The position numbers were made by a program, and so were the translations under genes. The notes under the pieces are model-generated. The model was not told where the DNA came from, ran no database searches, and saw only the letters and a list, made by a program, of their open reading frames with translations. A DNA stretch of 64,000 bases from Paragordius varius (lineage: Eukaryota; Animalia; Nematomorpha). The stretch's first letter is position 1; every line of letters starts with the position of its first letter. Shown piece after piece: positions 40,451 to 53,196 of the stretch. The stretch spans positions 11,098,001 to 11,162,000 of the forward strand of contig OZ176053.1 of the NCBI GenBank assembly GCA_964247055.1, read 5' to 3'.

Positions 40451-41187
40451 TTTTATGTGTAAAAGCGATAATACGGATCAATGGCAAACATTAATTAAAA
40501 ATTTTATATTAAGTATTCTCTTATCACGTTTATTTAAGACTTATTATTACTAAATATCTCAAAATGTGAACAAGAATTTTAATACGGTAATTTTCGGACC
40601 CAATATAATTATGTCCTCATCAATATTATATTTTTTCATTGGAAGATAGTAAATTTCGTCTATTCAATTGTCAAGTACAATATTTCTGGGCTAATTCATA
40701 AAACGCATTTTACAACTACCTTTTATAGTAATCCATGTCTCACAGGTTAACCTATGGAGATTAGTTATAATTTTTGTGGTAGTTTTGATTTTTTAAGTTC
40801 TCTAAAAATTGTCATTCTAAAATTTAGCCAATAGAAAAATAGCAAATTATGCGTATGGAAATCTTCCGGAAAAGATATTTTTAATTAAAACTAGTAATGG
40901 TAGGAAATTGATTTTTATGTTTGTAATATTTAAATTTCCTTTTTAAAAACATAGGGTGATGCGGAATACATCATATTTTTTATTGGTGCTAATTGCCTAT
41001 CACACTGATTAAATGGTTTATCCCAATTTTCAATTAAATTTTATGGCAAAAACTAGTGATTCATCAAACATATCATATATTTTTTATATAAAACATTATA
41101 AAAATTTATTTAACATTAATATAAATATTATACAATGGTAAAAAATCATTAACTAGATAATAATAAATCATTAAATTTCAAAATAAT

Positions 41188-42730
41188 CTATGTTGTGTAA
41201 TGTGTGTGATGGTTGTTTGAAGTGAAAGGAAGATTGTAAGGTTGTGAGTAATGAAGGTGTTAGGTAGAGGAATGAATGGTGTAAGGTAAATCCAAAATTA
41301 TAAAGATAAAAGTGGAAATGGTATGTAAATGTTGATTGGTAAAAATAGAGATATGTGTTGAGGTAGGAGAATAGAGTTGATAAAAAAAATCAAAAAGCTT
41401 AGAAAAATAAAAAGGGTTGATGTATAATGAGCAATGTAGTATGAGTTGTAAGGTGAGATGATAAATGGTAAGTGTTTGGGTATTTGTGTGTGTTGATGTG
41501 GGAGATATAAAAGAGTAATATAAAAAATTCAAAATGTATGGGTGTGTAGGTTAAAAGAAGCTGTGGAGATAAATGATAGGTGATGCAAAGATTGAAGCAA
41601 TAGAAGGTAAGATTTGAGGTGATGTAAGTGAATATTGTAATCACTGATTAAAAATAAATTAAAAAAAGTATCCAAAAGTACAGATGATATGATGAGGTAA
41701 GATGTGTATAAATGTGTCGTATAAAAATGTAGGTGGTTTGGTAATGAAGGTATTAATGGTGTATGTAAAGTAAGGGTTAAAAAGTTAAAAAATAGTTGTA
41801 ATATAAAAAAAGTATCAAAAAAATAAAGATGATGTGATGAGGTGTGATATGTAAGTCCAATGTGTGGTTTATAAAGTGTAGGTGATTTGGTAACGTAGGT
41901 ATAAAAGCGTTGAAGTAAGGGGTTATAATATAAATCCAAAAATAGAATCGTCAGTTGTGTGATGTATTAGATGAGGTGTAGTGTATAATAAGTGGTGGAT
42001 GAATCAGTAGTGAAGATATTCAAGTTTTGAGATGTAAGGGTTAAAAGTAATCAAAATAGTTGTAATATAGGAATTATCCAAAAAAGAATAATATATGATG
42101 AGGTGTGATATGCAAGTATGATGTGTGGTAAATAAATTGTAGGGAATTGGTAACGAATGTAAAAAGTAAAGGTTATAAAGTAAAAAGTATGTCAGGAAGT
42201 GACATGTAAGTGTAATGTGTGGTATGTGTAGGGGATTTGGTTAAGAATGTATAAGATGTGTTGAGGTAAAGTAAGGATGGAATAGATGAATAAATATTTT
42301 TAGTATAAAAAGTATCCAAAAATGCAAAGATAAGGTATGATGAGGTGTGTAAAATGTAAGATAAGTTGTAGGGTAAAATAAATGATGGGTGATTTGTTAA
42401 GGAGGAAGCAAGGATCAAAAAAAATGTAATGAGGTGATGTGATAGTATAAATAAATTGAAAAATGTTTTAATATAAAATGATGATAAAAAAATAAATATA
42501 TAATATGTAAGGTGATAGGTGATAGGTGTGAGAGGGTGTATGTAAAGTATGTGGTGTGTATGATTGGGTGAGTAAATGTGGATGTTGATATGAGAGAAGT
42601 GGAATAAAAGTAGTAGAAGAAATGTAAAATGTATAAAATACAATTTATATATTATATATATATATATATAGATATAGATATATAAATGTAATATAAATGT
42701 TGAATGATTGGTGTTGTAATATAAGGGCCA
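41188..42730. repeat. Strand-asymmetric C-depleted degenerate tandem array, copy 2
   Basis: Paralog of 31793-33385 with the same composition and anchors. Confidence 0.85.
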
Positions 42731-42875
42731 ATCATTCTTTTCATACATCTATCTCCCAATACGTCGACGCTATATTAAAAAATAAATTAATAAATTGAAC
42801 TAACTTTTATAATTTATGACCCTTTTTGTGGTATAATAAAGCTGCGTCTTATTGATAAAACATGCGATATAATTT

Positions 42876-45081
42876 TTAAATAAAAGAAAAATAATTTTGC
42901 AATTTACTGTATGTTTCGCGCAACAAACGCTTTTCATCCCCACATGTGCTATCCTCGCACTCCATTAAATTTATTTCTGGAAAGCCTGATTCAGAAGGCG
43001 GTTCTTCACATGGTGATGGTGTCCATGTAAAATACTGAAGTGTTTCACAGAAAGTAACTCTTTTTGGAATGTTTGGTTCTATAATAAAGGAATCAATTTT
43101 TGAATGGGGAGAGATATAAAATTAGCGTGATAATTGATGGTGCATTATTTTTACAACTGTTGTTTAAGAAAATTTAAACAATTTTGATGTTTACTGATAC
43201 ATTTAAAAATATTTCGTAATTTTTACCCTAAGATTACATATTAATTTTTTATTACCGTTTGATTCGGCCAGAACACCATCTTTCTCGCTTGTGGTATCCT
43301 CGCCTATTGAATTCGCTTCTGGCCAGCTAGGATCTGGATAAAAAAGTTCCCCAATAGGTGAGACTGGTGTCCAACAAAAAAACTCAAGCTCATCATTGAA
43401 AACGACCCTTTTTGGTATAAGTGGTTCTAATTTTACAAATTTATAATTTTTACAAAGGGTTGGTGCATTAGTTGAATAAACTAATATATTAAATCATTAA
43501 GAACTATAATAGTGTTTTAAATACCCGTTTCACATGCATTTGGGCTTTTCATGTTAGACTTCTTCTTTTGAAACGCATAAGGCTTTCCTGGACCCACTAT
43601 TAATAATAAAATAACGGTAAAACAAAAAAAGATTTGCAGTATTTGTTTTAAGTATTAATATAAAATAAAGTATTATATTATTTTTTTGTCAATTATTATT
43701 TTAAGAAAAATCATTCGAAAATAATTTATATACCATTCAAAGCTTCTTCATCCTGCGCTCCAAAACAAGGAAATACACGCATCAACCATTTCAATATTTC
43801 TGTTAAAAATATATATTATAATTAATTTATTTTGTCTAAAAAGATTAAATTTCTTGGTTTTTCATTAAACTATAGGTATTTTAGGGTTATTGGAAATAGA
43901 ATAAAGGTAATAAGATTATTATTTTATTCCATTTTGTAATTTACTTAACTCTCTTTTTAATGATTTACCAGTAAATTTGTTATAGATGAACTTTTAATTA
44001 TCTATGTTTCTATATTCTAGACAAAAATATTAAATTAAAAAGCTTTTAACGGACGCAAAGATTTTATCACAAAGACAGAAGTCACAAATATTTTAAATTA
44101 CAGCTACTAAAACGTTTAAACATTAATTTTAGTATAACTTTTATTAGTTATAAAATAAGTAGCTTTTCGATTCTAGAATCAATGAGGTTTTTAACATGAT
44201 TGTTTTATGTGGGGTTAGATTAAATATATATAGTAACGAAAAACAATAGGATTGACATTCAAGCCCTTTAATTTAATATAAAATCTCATAATTTTAGCGG
44301 TCAAAATCAATTACACTTAACCAATTTTCTAAATAGTGATTGAAAATTTTCAATGATTTAAAATTAATTAAATAAAAGTAACGAATGTCTGTATAAAATT
44401 ATTTAGCTATATCATTATCTGACCTATTCGTTTTGCAATTATGATAATAAACTAGTACACAAAAATCTTTGAAATTGGGTTTATTGCTTATTTAAAGACT
44501 TAGGCTATAATACGATGAATGGATTTAAGAAAACAAAAAACATTTATGCTAATTATCTAAAACATTGTAAGCTTGAATGGTTGGATTAACAGACTTTGGA
44601 TTTAGCAAACCTCAAAAACACTATTTGCATAAATTAAAAAAATTGCAACATGTATGTTTTGACTTTTTAAAGCACTTAGTCAATTTAAAAATTGAATAAA
44701 AGCGCATTTCATGTTATATTTTATAACCTAATTATTTATAAACAGCTGTCCTGCGGATTTCGTTCATTACATTTATATTTCTTATATGGCGTTTTACCGG
44801 CATTATCGAAAACCCGTCTTTCAGTGCTAACATTTTATTTCAAAAACGGAACGGAACCCGAAATTTGACAAATTATATGAGATATTTTGTAGCTCAAGTA
44901 AATGTAGGCGATATGACCATACATATATTAACATAAATGAATATATATTGAATATGTAAGGCCCTTTTCATTTATGGATACAATTGTATGGTATTATATG
45001 TCAAAATACAAATAATTGCAATTTACCTGTTCCAATCACTCTTTTGTCGCAATTTTTCTTCTTTTTACTCCAAAAATTCAT
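42876..45081 (-). CDS. Unknown small protein with two RVxF modules, copy B (all junctions phase 1 and consistent)
   Basis: Exon 1 is 45081-45027, followed by exons near 43800-43735, 43590-43525, 43478-43256 and 43079-42876. Frame open throughout. Differences from copy A include an in-frame indel (NSIECED vs NSIGED). A further short last exon is possible. Confidence 0.78.
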
Positions 45082-46224
45082 GGTAATGTTTTGATTTTTA
45101 TTCAAAATAAATTTTAATGTATAAAATAAATTTTGTAATTCGATTGTTAATATTTTAAAATAGAACAGGCATTCTAAAATTTATACAATGTTACACTATT
45201 GATTTGGTTTATAGAATTAGACAATTATTTAAATAAAAATAGGCATACAATATAAAATATATCATCTCTATATGACGTTGAAACTTAATCAATGTAGCTT
45301 AATATTTTGTCTTATGTTTTTATAAATATTTAAATGAACTATAATAGATGAAATTTTCGTTACCAAGGGCCTAAAAAGTTTATAAAAAGATGTATTTCGA
45401 AATACACCCGAGTGCGTACAGATACGACCTCGGACATCCAGATAAGAGGGACCTAATTTAACTTTAGGTTTTAATATTTATTACCCTAAGTGCCGTTACC
45501 TTAAAAACTAGGTTTTATCTATAATTATAAATTTAATTAACCCAATACAAGTAATAAGGTGTTTCAAAAGTGTTACAAAAGTGTATATAAGTGTCCAAGA
45601 TGTGGCCCGCGAAAAATTTCAGATTGCTAAATAAAGTCTACAATTATGAAATTATGGTCGCAAAATCTTGATATTTATTAAATTAATTTTCTGAGTTGTC
45701 TTTCTAATTAGCAATAAACTAGCAAAAATTAGTGAAATAAATAGTGGTTATTTTTTGGCATTTTTTCACAGGCTTATGTTTAAAATGTAATAAATATTTA
45801 TTTATGCCTCTATATTTTTATAAAGGCTTTTTGTATTAAATAAAAAATGGTGTACAATGCTTTTGACTTTTTTTAGAGCACTTAATAATTTGGTAAATTA
45901 AATAAGAGTTTTAACCGCCTACTTCATATTTTAAATATTAAAATATTTTTTAAACAGCTGTTGCACATTGTTTTTTACACTTTATGACGACAATTTTCGG
46001 ATACTCAAAACCCATCTTTCACTTTTCTTTTATTTTAAGTTTTCCAAAGCAAAGCGGAACCCAAAATTATCATGATTTATATTGTAAAGTTTAAGTAAAC
46101 ATAGAGACCTGGTTTCTAATGACCATATATTAAATTAGGTTTAATTGAAATTATGATGGCCCTTTTTAATTGGGTAAATCAATTGTATACAGAGATATGT
46201 TAAAATCCAATAATTGCAATTTAC

Positions 46225-46276
46225 CTGTTCCAATCACTCTTCTTTTGCAATTTTTCTTCTTTTTCCAAAAATTCAT
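46225..46276 (-). CDS. Third copy of exon 1 of the RVxF gene (MNFWKKKKNCKRRVIGT), with no downstream exons of its own
   Basis: ATG plus an intact G|GTAAAT donor. Flanking intron and upstream sequence are homologous to copies A and B over about 45790-46440. Confidence 0.6.
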
Positions 46277-48207
46277 GACAATGTTTATGTTTTTTTATTT
46301 AACAAATAAGTTTTATTGAATAAAATAAGTTTTGTAATTCGATTGTTGATTTATTAAAATAGAACACGTATATATGATTTATATGACATTTCTAAAAATT
46401 ATATGTTAACCCATTGGTTTAATTTATAGAATTATATTAAATAAACTTATCGTACACTGGACACTTACTAAAAGTAGCATATACTTTTGTGTGAACATTT
46501 GGGAAATTCCTAATAATTAAAATTAGGAATAAGGTATGGTCAGCCTTCCATTGATCCTGCCATGGAATTTGGTATATCCAAGTTTTTACCTATAAGGTTT
46601 TAGTTCTAAGATGTATGAAAGGTTTGCATTTATTTTATGGTTTTTTATGTTGTTTTTAAAAGATCCGAATTATACCTCAAAAAAAATGCTGTTGTCAATA
46701 ATACTGATTTAGATGCGTGATTTAAAAAAATAAGTTATAAAAAAAAATACGGCTCGCTACTATTTATAGATGCTAGCCAAACTCATTACTGTTTAAAAAT
46801 TGGCTATTGATGCGGCAGCACTTACTCATTTTTATGGTATATTTTAATACTATAAAGATCATATTTTTGATCTTATATTTTTATATAATTTTTTTGATTT
46901 ATAAAAGTTTGTATATACAGTCGACAAAAAATCTGATGTTTCAGGATTAGTATGGTGTTTTGGGTTTGGGTCTTACAAGTAATTTGATAAATTTTTATCT
47001 TTGAAGAAAACTGGCTCATAAATATAACATGGCAATTACGCACATTTTTGTAAATAAGTATTTGGTCAAAAGTTATATGCTCTACCTAAATATCATCAAA
47101 TTATAAAGTACATATAAAGAGAATAAACAATATTTTGATGAAATTTTAATTTTAAGTGTGACGAAAAGTCCTTGCCTTTAAAATGGGGGAGTTCTCCTAA
47201 AATAAACGCGAAAATGCAGAATTGTAAGTTAAGAATAAATATTCTAAATTATAACATAAAAAAATGCTTTTTCACAAAATCATAATTTTTGCCTAAAAAT
47301 TTAATATACTGTAAAATTTTCGAGATTTATGGTATTTGGAAGTAATAGGGTAACGGTAAATAACGTTTTAATAATTAAAACGGTTTTTTATGTAATTAGA
47401 TGATGCTAAACATTTTTATCAAGAAAAAATTTAAATTTAGTGTTTGTTAACTTGCAAATTTGGGTAAAATTTGAACACTTTATATTTAGCATATATTTTA
47501 AAAAGAACGAATATTATAAATAATAATCGAGATTGAAATGTTCAAATAAAAATTATCTAGAAATAGTGTTTTTGTCATATAATAAAAGCGTATTTATATG
47601 GTTTGCATCTTACCTCAATACAGGATCAAGTATTCTTCAAATATTTTGTTAAAATTAAATTTTTGAATACTTATTTCCCAAATATTCCCTTTTGATGCAA
47701 TACTAGCACATCTTTATTTTAATTGCAAAATCCGGACATTTTGTCTTTATTACAACTTATATTTACAAGAGGGAAAAAATTTTGCTATTTTGAGGTCCAA
47801 CAAATTTTTTTTTTAATATTATTTTGTTTTATGTGTTATAATATTTTTTAGCAACATTTTTCACCAAAAAATTATTTAAAACTTTTTTTTGATATGCACT
47901 TACCACAAAGTGTAAATAACTTTGGGCCAAACCAAAAGCAACCTGATAATACCGATACATCTTATCAGAATATATGTATTTCAGGATTTTTTTCTTTGGA
48001 CATTGTGTTAGATAAACATCAAGATAAAAGACAAATAGCATAAATTTTTTTATTTTTTCCATATATATAATCGCCGTTTTTTTCTTTTAATATTATTTTT
48101 AAATTTGTCATTAATATCTTGAAGTATTTAGAGTATATAATAAATTACACATCTGCTGTGTCTTTTATTAAACAAAAATCTGGATTTTCACACTCTCCTC
48201 TGCTAAC

Positions 48208-48598
48208 ATGCCCATCCTCACCTTGTACACTAATTTACATAAAGAGAAAATTCCAACGACTTTAACAAGTGAATTATCTGCTCTCATAGAAAAATGTTTG
48301 AACAAACCCGAATCGGTATAAGATTTTTACAATACTAGTATATATGCGTAATAGTTATACCAGATTGTAACATGATATTTGGTGGAAGTCATGAGCCATG
48401 TGGAATTATTAACTTAACATCTATTGGACAATTGGGTCGTAATAATAAATCACATTCACAAAATATTTCGCAATTTATTGAACATAAATTGGGTATATCA
48501 CCCTCTCGGTAAATATTAAATATAATCGTAGAATGTACATTAATTTTTATGATTCTCATCCTAATGATATTGGCTACAATGGTTCTACATTTGGATGA
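48208..48598 (+). CDS. MIF: Macrophage migration inhibitory factor (tautomerase), 114 aa, 3 exons
   Basis: Exons 48208-48315, 48339-48508 and 48532-48598 give MPILTLYTN...NKPESYICVIVIPDCNMIFGGSHEPC...SIGQLG...LGISPSRMYINFYD...IGYNGSTFG. Catalytic Pro1 and the Lys32 equivalent are retained. Intron positions match the usual MIF three-exon layout. Confidence 0.95.
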
Positions 48599-48619
48599 TA
48601 TGGCCATCTTCTTAATTAT

Positions 48620-50026
48620 TTAAAAATAATTCCATATGGATGAAAAAAATGTTTTAATTTTACTCTTTATTCTTGTGTCAGTAAATATTGCAATATAACA
48701 CAATACTGCTACAAATAGTGAATCGAGGTTTTCTAAATAACCATCGATTTTTATGAGATTTGTTATTTTTTTTCTGTATAATTCTTCATAGTTGTTTATT
48801 TCAGAAGGAATTACGTTCCACACATGTTTGTCTAAACAAGTAACGTTAATATATGAGGACTGATTATCCATGATTTTGCATAATTCTGGCATATCGATGA
48901 GTAGTTTTTCGGTTTCTTTGTTATTGTATTGCCTAGTAAGATAAATTTTGGGGGCAAAAGTTCTTATATAATGTTTTCTCATAAAAATTGTAATTGATGT
49001 TGGAGTGTAGCAGAGCAAAAATAATAGGAGGTACAAAATTGATGAGATATTTTTAATAACATAACCTCTGATATGTTTTTTTCGATTACCTACTCCCCTA
49101 ATATTGGAATTGTTTATGGATTCATTCATATCATAAATGGATTGCCTGCTTACATTACCAATGTCGCTGATTTTATTAGTTTTTATATTTGGTTTTTGTA
49201 TTATAGATAATTCTTTATTTTGGACCAATTTATGGTCAAAAAATGCATTCTCTGCTCCATGTGATGACGGTGTCACACGTCTTATTTTCATTTTAATTTG
49301 TTGTATGCGTTCTTTTTTAGATAAAAATTTGCTTAAAGATATTGTGATATTTACTACCAGGAACAGTATTATAAGAGACGGTATCATGCAAAACAATACT
49401 TCACTTATAACTTCCATGTTTATTCTCCAGGTATCTGTTAAACTTGGTAAACCAATTATTTGACGGTAATACATAGTTCGTTGTTTTTTAATATCCCAAC
49501 ATTCCAGAAATTCGTAGTATTTGTCGGTCATAAAAGAAAATACAGTGATAGCTCCAATTAAGACCCAGGGTAAAAGATGTTTATACTTTCGACTCTGATA
49601 CTTGATTAGACCGTGGGGATTATTGATAGATAGATAACGGTTGTAAAGGAGAAAACATAGCAAAACACCCGACGTATCATTGAAAATAGAATACAGAATC
49701 CATTGATACCGTGTTATAAATACTAACCATCTCCTGTTTTCCACAAAAATTTCGATCCTAGTATCATGAATCAACATTGATAGCAATCGCAAAGAATCTA
49801 TTATACATCCAATCATATTACATATCATGATCCAAGATAAAAAATAGTCATGAAGTGTTGTACTTTTCAACCGCTTTATAATAAGGAGTACGGTTAAATT
49901 TGCAAAAATGCCTGTTAACACCAACGGTGTTGTAATATAGCGTTCGATAATGTTGAGAATGGGATCAAAATCGATCTCAGTAAGATTAGATGAGCAGATA
50001 GTTTTAACATTTAGATTCTCTGACAT
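48620..50026 (-). CDS. Orphan rhodopsin-like (class A) 7TM receptor, intronless, 468 aa
   Basis: Seven hydrophobic segments: TM1 GIFANLTV, TM3 YNRYLSINNP (DRY-like), TM5 CMIPSLII, TM6 FLLCYTP (CWxP-like). Long ICL3 and ECL3. Confidence 0.85.
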   Translation of the reverse strand: MSENLNVKTICSSNLTEIDFDPILNIIERYITTPLVLTGIFANLTVLLIIKRLKSTTLHDYFLSWIMICNMIGCIIDSLRLLSMLIHDTRIEIFVENRRWLVFITRYQWILYSIFNDTSGVLLCFLLYNRYLSINNPHGLIKYQSRKYKHLLPWVLIGAITVFSFMTDKYYEFLECWDIKKQRTMYYRQIIGLPSLTDTWRINMEVISEVLFCMIPSLIILFLVVNITISLSKFLSKKERIQQIKMKIRRVTPSSHGAENAFFDHKLVQNKELSIIQKPNIKTNKISDIGNVSRQSIYDMNESINNSNIRGVGNRKKHIRGYVIKNISSILYLLLFLLCYTPTSITIFMRKHYIRTFAPKIYLTRQYNNKETEKLLIDMPELCKIMDNQSSYINVTCLDKHVWNVIPSEINNYEELYRKKITNLIKIDGYLENLDSLFVAVLCYIAIFTDTRIKSKIKTFFSSIWNYF

Positions 50027-51556
50027 AGTTAGATATCGGGAAAATATGATATATCTAATTTTTTATATTTAATAGCATTATTACTAATTATAATCAATTA
50101 GTATGATTAAAATTATTTATTCAGAAAATTATATTATGGGATATAATCAAAATCAATTACATTATTTATAGTATTCATACTTAATCATTTTCTTTTAATA
50201 AGCCTGATATCAAAAAGGCTGAATTATTTAAAAGCGTTTAATTAAAACCTCTTTAGACGTTACGTCTCAAGTATTAAAAGAAATAAATATTTATACCCAG
50301 AAATATAAAGTTTTAGCCTTGAGGTCAATATCAATTATTGATCGGCAAAGTGTAAATAAACTCTTTTTGGGCAACGGATATTAGAACATGAAAGATGCAT
50401 CCCAAATATCTTATTTTTTTGGAAATAATTTTAGCATTATATGTATTCATTTATAAGATTTATTTAAAAGATTTTTTGCGCAAATTTCAGCATTCTATTT
50501 TTTATCTTGCAATCTCTCATTATTAGGTTTACCTATTTTTGTCTTGGCATATTTTAGTTGAAGGGATTTATACCTAAAGATTATTGAAAAAAGCTCTATT
50601 ATAAATTTGATTGCATCCAGAAAATAACTAAAATTGTTATCTAACAATTGCGAAAAAATCTGCTTAATTTGATAAGTGGCGTATTTAACATAAGGTTGAT
50701 CCTACTCATATGCATATCTTTATATCTGCCAAAGTTTGACCTTTATACAAATATTTGAAACATAGGTTTATATATGGTTTCATAGTTTATCCAAAAAGTT
50801 AATTCAAAGTCACACTTTACCATATGATTTAACTAATCCTGTCTACTTCCGACGAATATCCCGCTCACAATATTATAATTTATTTTTATCTCATTAATTA
50901 AAAGACATAGGGATCCACATACTAAAAAATATTATCTAAATTAAAAATAATAATTTAAATCCATTAATTGTTAAAAACCTACATTGACAGATTCCGACAC
51001 CATTTATATAAAAAAGAAACTAATAATGAAAAATATCGATTACACCTCGCTAAAAACACGGGTCCTTCCCAATTACAAAATTAAAATAGAAATATAAACA
51101 GCAGTATATGGTTAAAAATAAAGTAGTCATAAAATATGCAAAGATTGTTAAATATAAATAAATTTGTCTACTTATGCTACTGTATAACCAATCTTTCCCA
51201 AAAACCTCTCATTTAAAAAAGTTTAATTACTAATGATAATCATAATTATTAAAAAATTTTTTTTAAAATGTAAATTTCTATAACTTTATATATAACTTAC
51301 ATTTATATTAGATTAAATCAAACTTTTGTAATCAATGCCCCATGAAGGCTATGCTGTGAAGGGGATTGGGGAGTCTTGTGCAGACTGAAACTGTCAAGTT
51401 AGATTGATCTTGTTTCACCCCTGATACTGATACTGATACTGGTCTTACCAAGTGGTAAATTAAAAAAACTCAAATTTTGCTTTTATACTTTCTATAACTC
51501 TTCTTTGGGTAAAAAAACATTAAAAATATTTTGTGAGATAAAAGGGCTAATTTAGA

Positions 51557-51730
51557 ATGTCCCGATGTTCGGCGCATACTAAAAAAAGGAAAAATCAATT
51601 TATTAAAAAATTGGGATGTTATTCAAAAAAAATTCTTTTCAAAGACATAATTTTCGGGCTTCGCTTGTTTAAAATATTCCTATTTTATCACGGGGTGGGG
51701 CTGCTGACAGGTTTGTTCAAAACGGATATT
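51557..51730 (-). repeat. Degraded copy of the Helitron core
   Basis: Contains gatgttcggcgca, tcaaagaca and cacggggtgggg motifs collinear with the family core. A similar remnant lies at about 38545-38700. Confidence 0.55.
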
Positions 51731-52430
51731 TGGCTCATTTATAAATATATGAAATGTCATAAATAAGCTTAGTACACGTTTCCCCGAAAATTGCAAAACC
51801 AACATCATGCGCCTCCATATTAATTTTCGTTGAAAATAAAGAAAATGGAGTGTTAAAAAAACACAGGGATGTACATAATAAAGCTTTAAAACATTACAAT
51901 TATTACCTAACGTTACTAAAGTTTTTACCATAAACAGTAACCAATTATATTAGTATTATTTGACATGGTCATTTAACGAATCATATACTCTTTTTTATCT
52001 ATACGGTACTTAAAAATTCTCGGATTAATCAGCAAAATATTGTTTTGTAAAATTATATTTGTTTTAATCAGTAATAATCACAAAATGAAGGGCCGAAAAA
52101 AATATTTTTCTTATATAAAGGATAAGGCACCGTATAACCAATTAACATTTCATAACTGTTAAGGAAGTTTGCAGATATTTATTTTTTATAATTTATTCAG
52201 GGCCATAAAAGCATTTTTAGGGTTGCAGTTTGAGTCTAACACGTTTAAATTAACGAAATACATTTTGTATAGTAAGGATTTTGGTAGATGCTTATAACTC
52301 TCTTTATTTAATGAAACATGCAAACATAAACTATTTATTGCCAAATAAATATAAAAAATGTTGTATCAAAATAGTTTGGATATAAGAAATGCATGTTTAA
52401 TAGTAATTCAAGGATTGACTCATATATGAT

Positions 52431-53196
52431 TTAATTGGGTTGGTTGAGTAAATGGCCAAACCCCTTTTCCAAAGGCCATCGACAAACTGGACAAAAACTT
52501 TTGGTCCTTAACCAACCATCAACACATTCCGCATGAAATTGATGAAAACATTGCAATCGGCGGACATATTGCCCTTCGCTAAAACTTGGACTAAGGCAAA
52601 TGGCACACGTATGCTCCATTTTTTTGTTGGTCTAATAGTTTAAAAACAATAAATTATACTGTTTAAATGAATATATAGTAATTAATCTTTATAAAGGCGC
52701 CAAAAGAATACGCAATACAAACCCTACGATTATAATACATTAAAATCTTTATTCACTATTAACGGTTGTAGGTAAAAGCAATTATCTATATACCTCCGAA
52801 AAAGGATATATAAGCGTAAAAGACTTCAAGCTCATATAAAAATCTTCATCTGATTTAAACTCGTTCTCGCATTTCTAGGCTATATTATATTTATACTGAG
52901 ACAATATCGTGTGGATTGTGTGTTGTCCGAAAAAAGGGAAAAGTTGCAGGATTGTAAAGATAGGAACTATTCATCATGGATAGTATATAGGGGCATCTTA
53001 TATGGGAAAATCTAAAAATGTATAAAGTATTTTACGTATTTAAAGACTGATGCCGTCTTTTAGATTCAGCGATTCCAACTTGACTCTTATAGAGATTTTG
53101 AAACTGATTGTTTAATTTTCTTTTACCTATCCTTTCAATAGGAATTGGCTCATTGAAAGAAAAATTTTTATTATGAGATCCGTAATAATTGTTCAT
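52431..53196 (-). CDS. RING-H2 (C3H2C3) finger protein, probable E3 ligase; the RING exon 52631-52431 is secure, upstream exons are tentative
   Basis: CAIC-x16-CFHQFHAECVDGWLRTKSFCPVCR. Upstream, an open frame from ATG 53196 is restored by 24-nt and 22-nt GT-AG introns, but I could not join it to the RING exon. Confidence 0.7.

Larger units (their letters stand above)
40451..45250. repeat. Segmental duplication copy 2
   Basis: Collinear with 31002-35900. Confidence 0.92.

Noticed and set aside
48389-48607. Minus-strand 72-aa ORF
   Set aside because: Antisense shadow of MIF exons 2-3. The ORFs at 1387-1629, 3502-3693, 14875-15132, 49137-49463, 62482-62676 and 63679-63999 are likewise shadows of real coding sequence.
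51340-51445. GC-richer patch ending in (CTGATA)3, a possible LINE/SINE 3' tail
   Set aside because: Too short, with no second copy in the window and no protein motif.
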